Shown here: positions 63,777 through 64,000 of the stretch, in pieces
How the letters are laid out: each line of letters begins with the position of its first letter
Position numbering within the stretch: the stretch's first letter is position 1
Source: Ruditapes philippinarum
Taxonomy: Eukaryota
Reading direction: 5' to 3'
DNA: 64,000 nucleotides
Assembly (NCBI RefSeq): GCF_026571515.1
Contig: NW_026852957.1
Coordinates: forward strand, 62,001-126,000
The notes under the pieces: model-generated
What the model saw: only the letters and a program-made list of their open reading frames with translations
What the model was told of the DNA's origin: nothing
The model's database searches: none
Program-made: the position numbers and the translations under genes

Positions 63777-64000
63777 TTTTTGTGTCGCCTTGAAAAGGCG
63801 ACATATAGGGGTTACTTTTGTCGGCGGCGTCGGCGGCGTCGTTGTCGGTGTCGGCGTCCCCTAAAGCTTGTCCGGAGCATAACTCAGTCACTATAAGTCT
63901 GATTGACTTCAAACTTGGTATGCATGCTTCTTTTAATAACCCGAAGTGCAGTGCACAAGGATCGGTACTCTGCAGTTCTTAATTTTTGAGTTATTGTCCT
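63777..64000 (+). mobile_element. 5' end of a Helentron-associated (HINE-like) element, running off the window
   Basis: Inserted in a T-run; hairpin tgtcgcctt-gaa-aaggcgaca; (gtcggc)n microsatellite; the matching site near 61173 is empty. Confidence 0.75.

Overview
AT-rich animal genomic DNA with spliceosomal introns. The repeat content and gene family suggest a bivalve mollusc (inference). There are two assembly gaps (23587-23716, 60245-60382) and two homopolymer-rich stretches that look unpolished. Main content: (1) A cluster of RING-less TRIM-like genes (two B-boxes, coiled coil, C-terminal beta-propeller), each with one coding exon. Two intact paralogues lie on + (1836-3554, 30279-31997; about 87% aa identity by hand count). 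A second subfamily on - forms a tandem array of four copies, each with at least one nonsense or frameshift lesion as assembled, plus a 3' remnant. (2) A multi-exon phospholipid scramblase (PLSCR-family) gene that the ORF track misses. Nine GT-AG coding exons (11733-23379) join into an open 277-codon frame; the last exon is not located. Its Ca2+-loop region is atypically basic. (3) The scramblase 3' flank recurs upstream of the first TRIM-like gene and at about 61-64 kb, suggesting a scramblase + TRIM-like cassette duplicated as a unit. (4) Mobile DNA: a 5'-truncated RTE-X-like LINE nested in a TIR element, several MITEs, Helentron-type elements, a SINE relic and minisatellites. One minisatellite is a tandem array of poly(A) signals. 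No CRISPR array, rRNA or intact tRNA was found.
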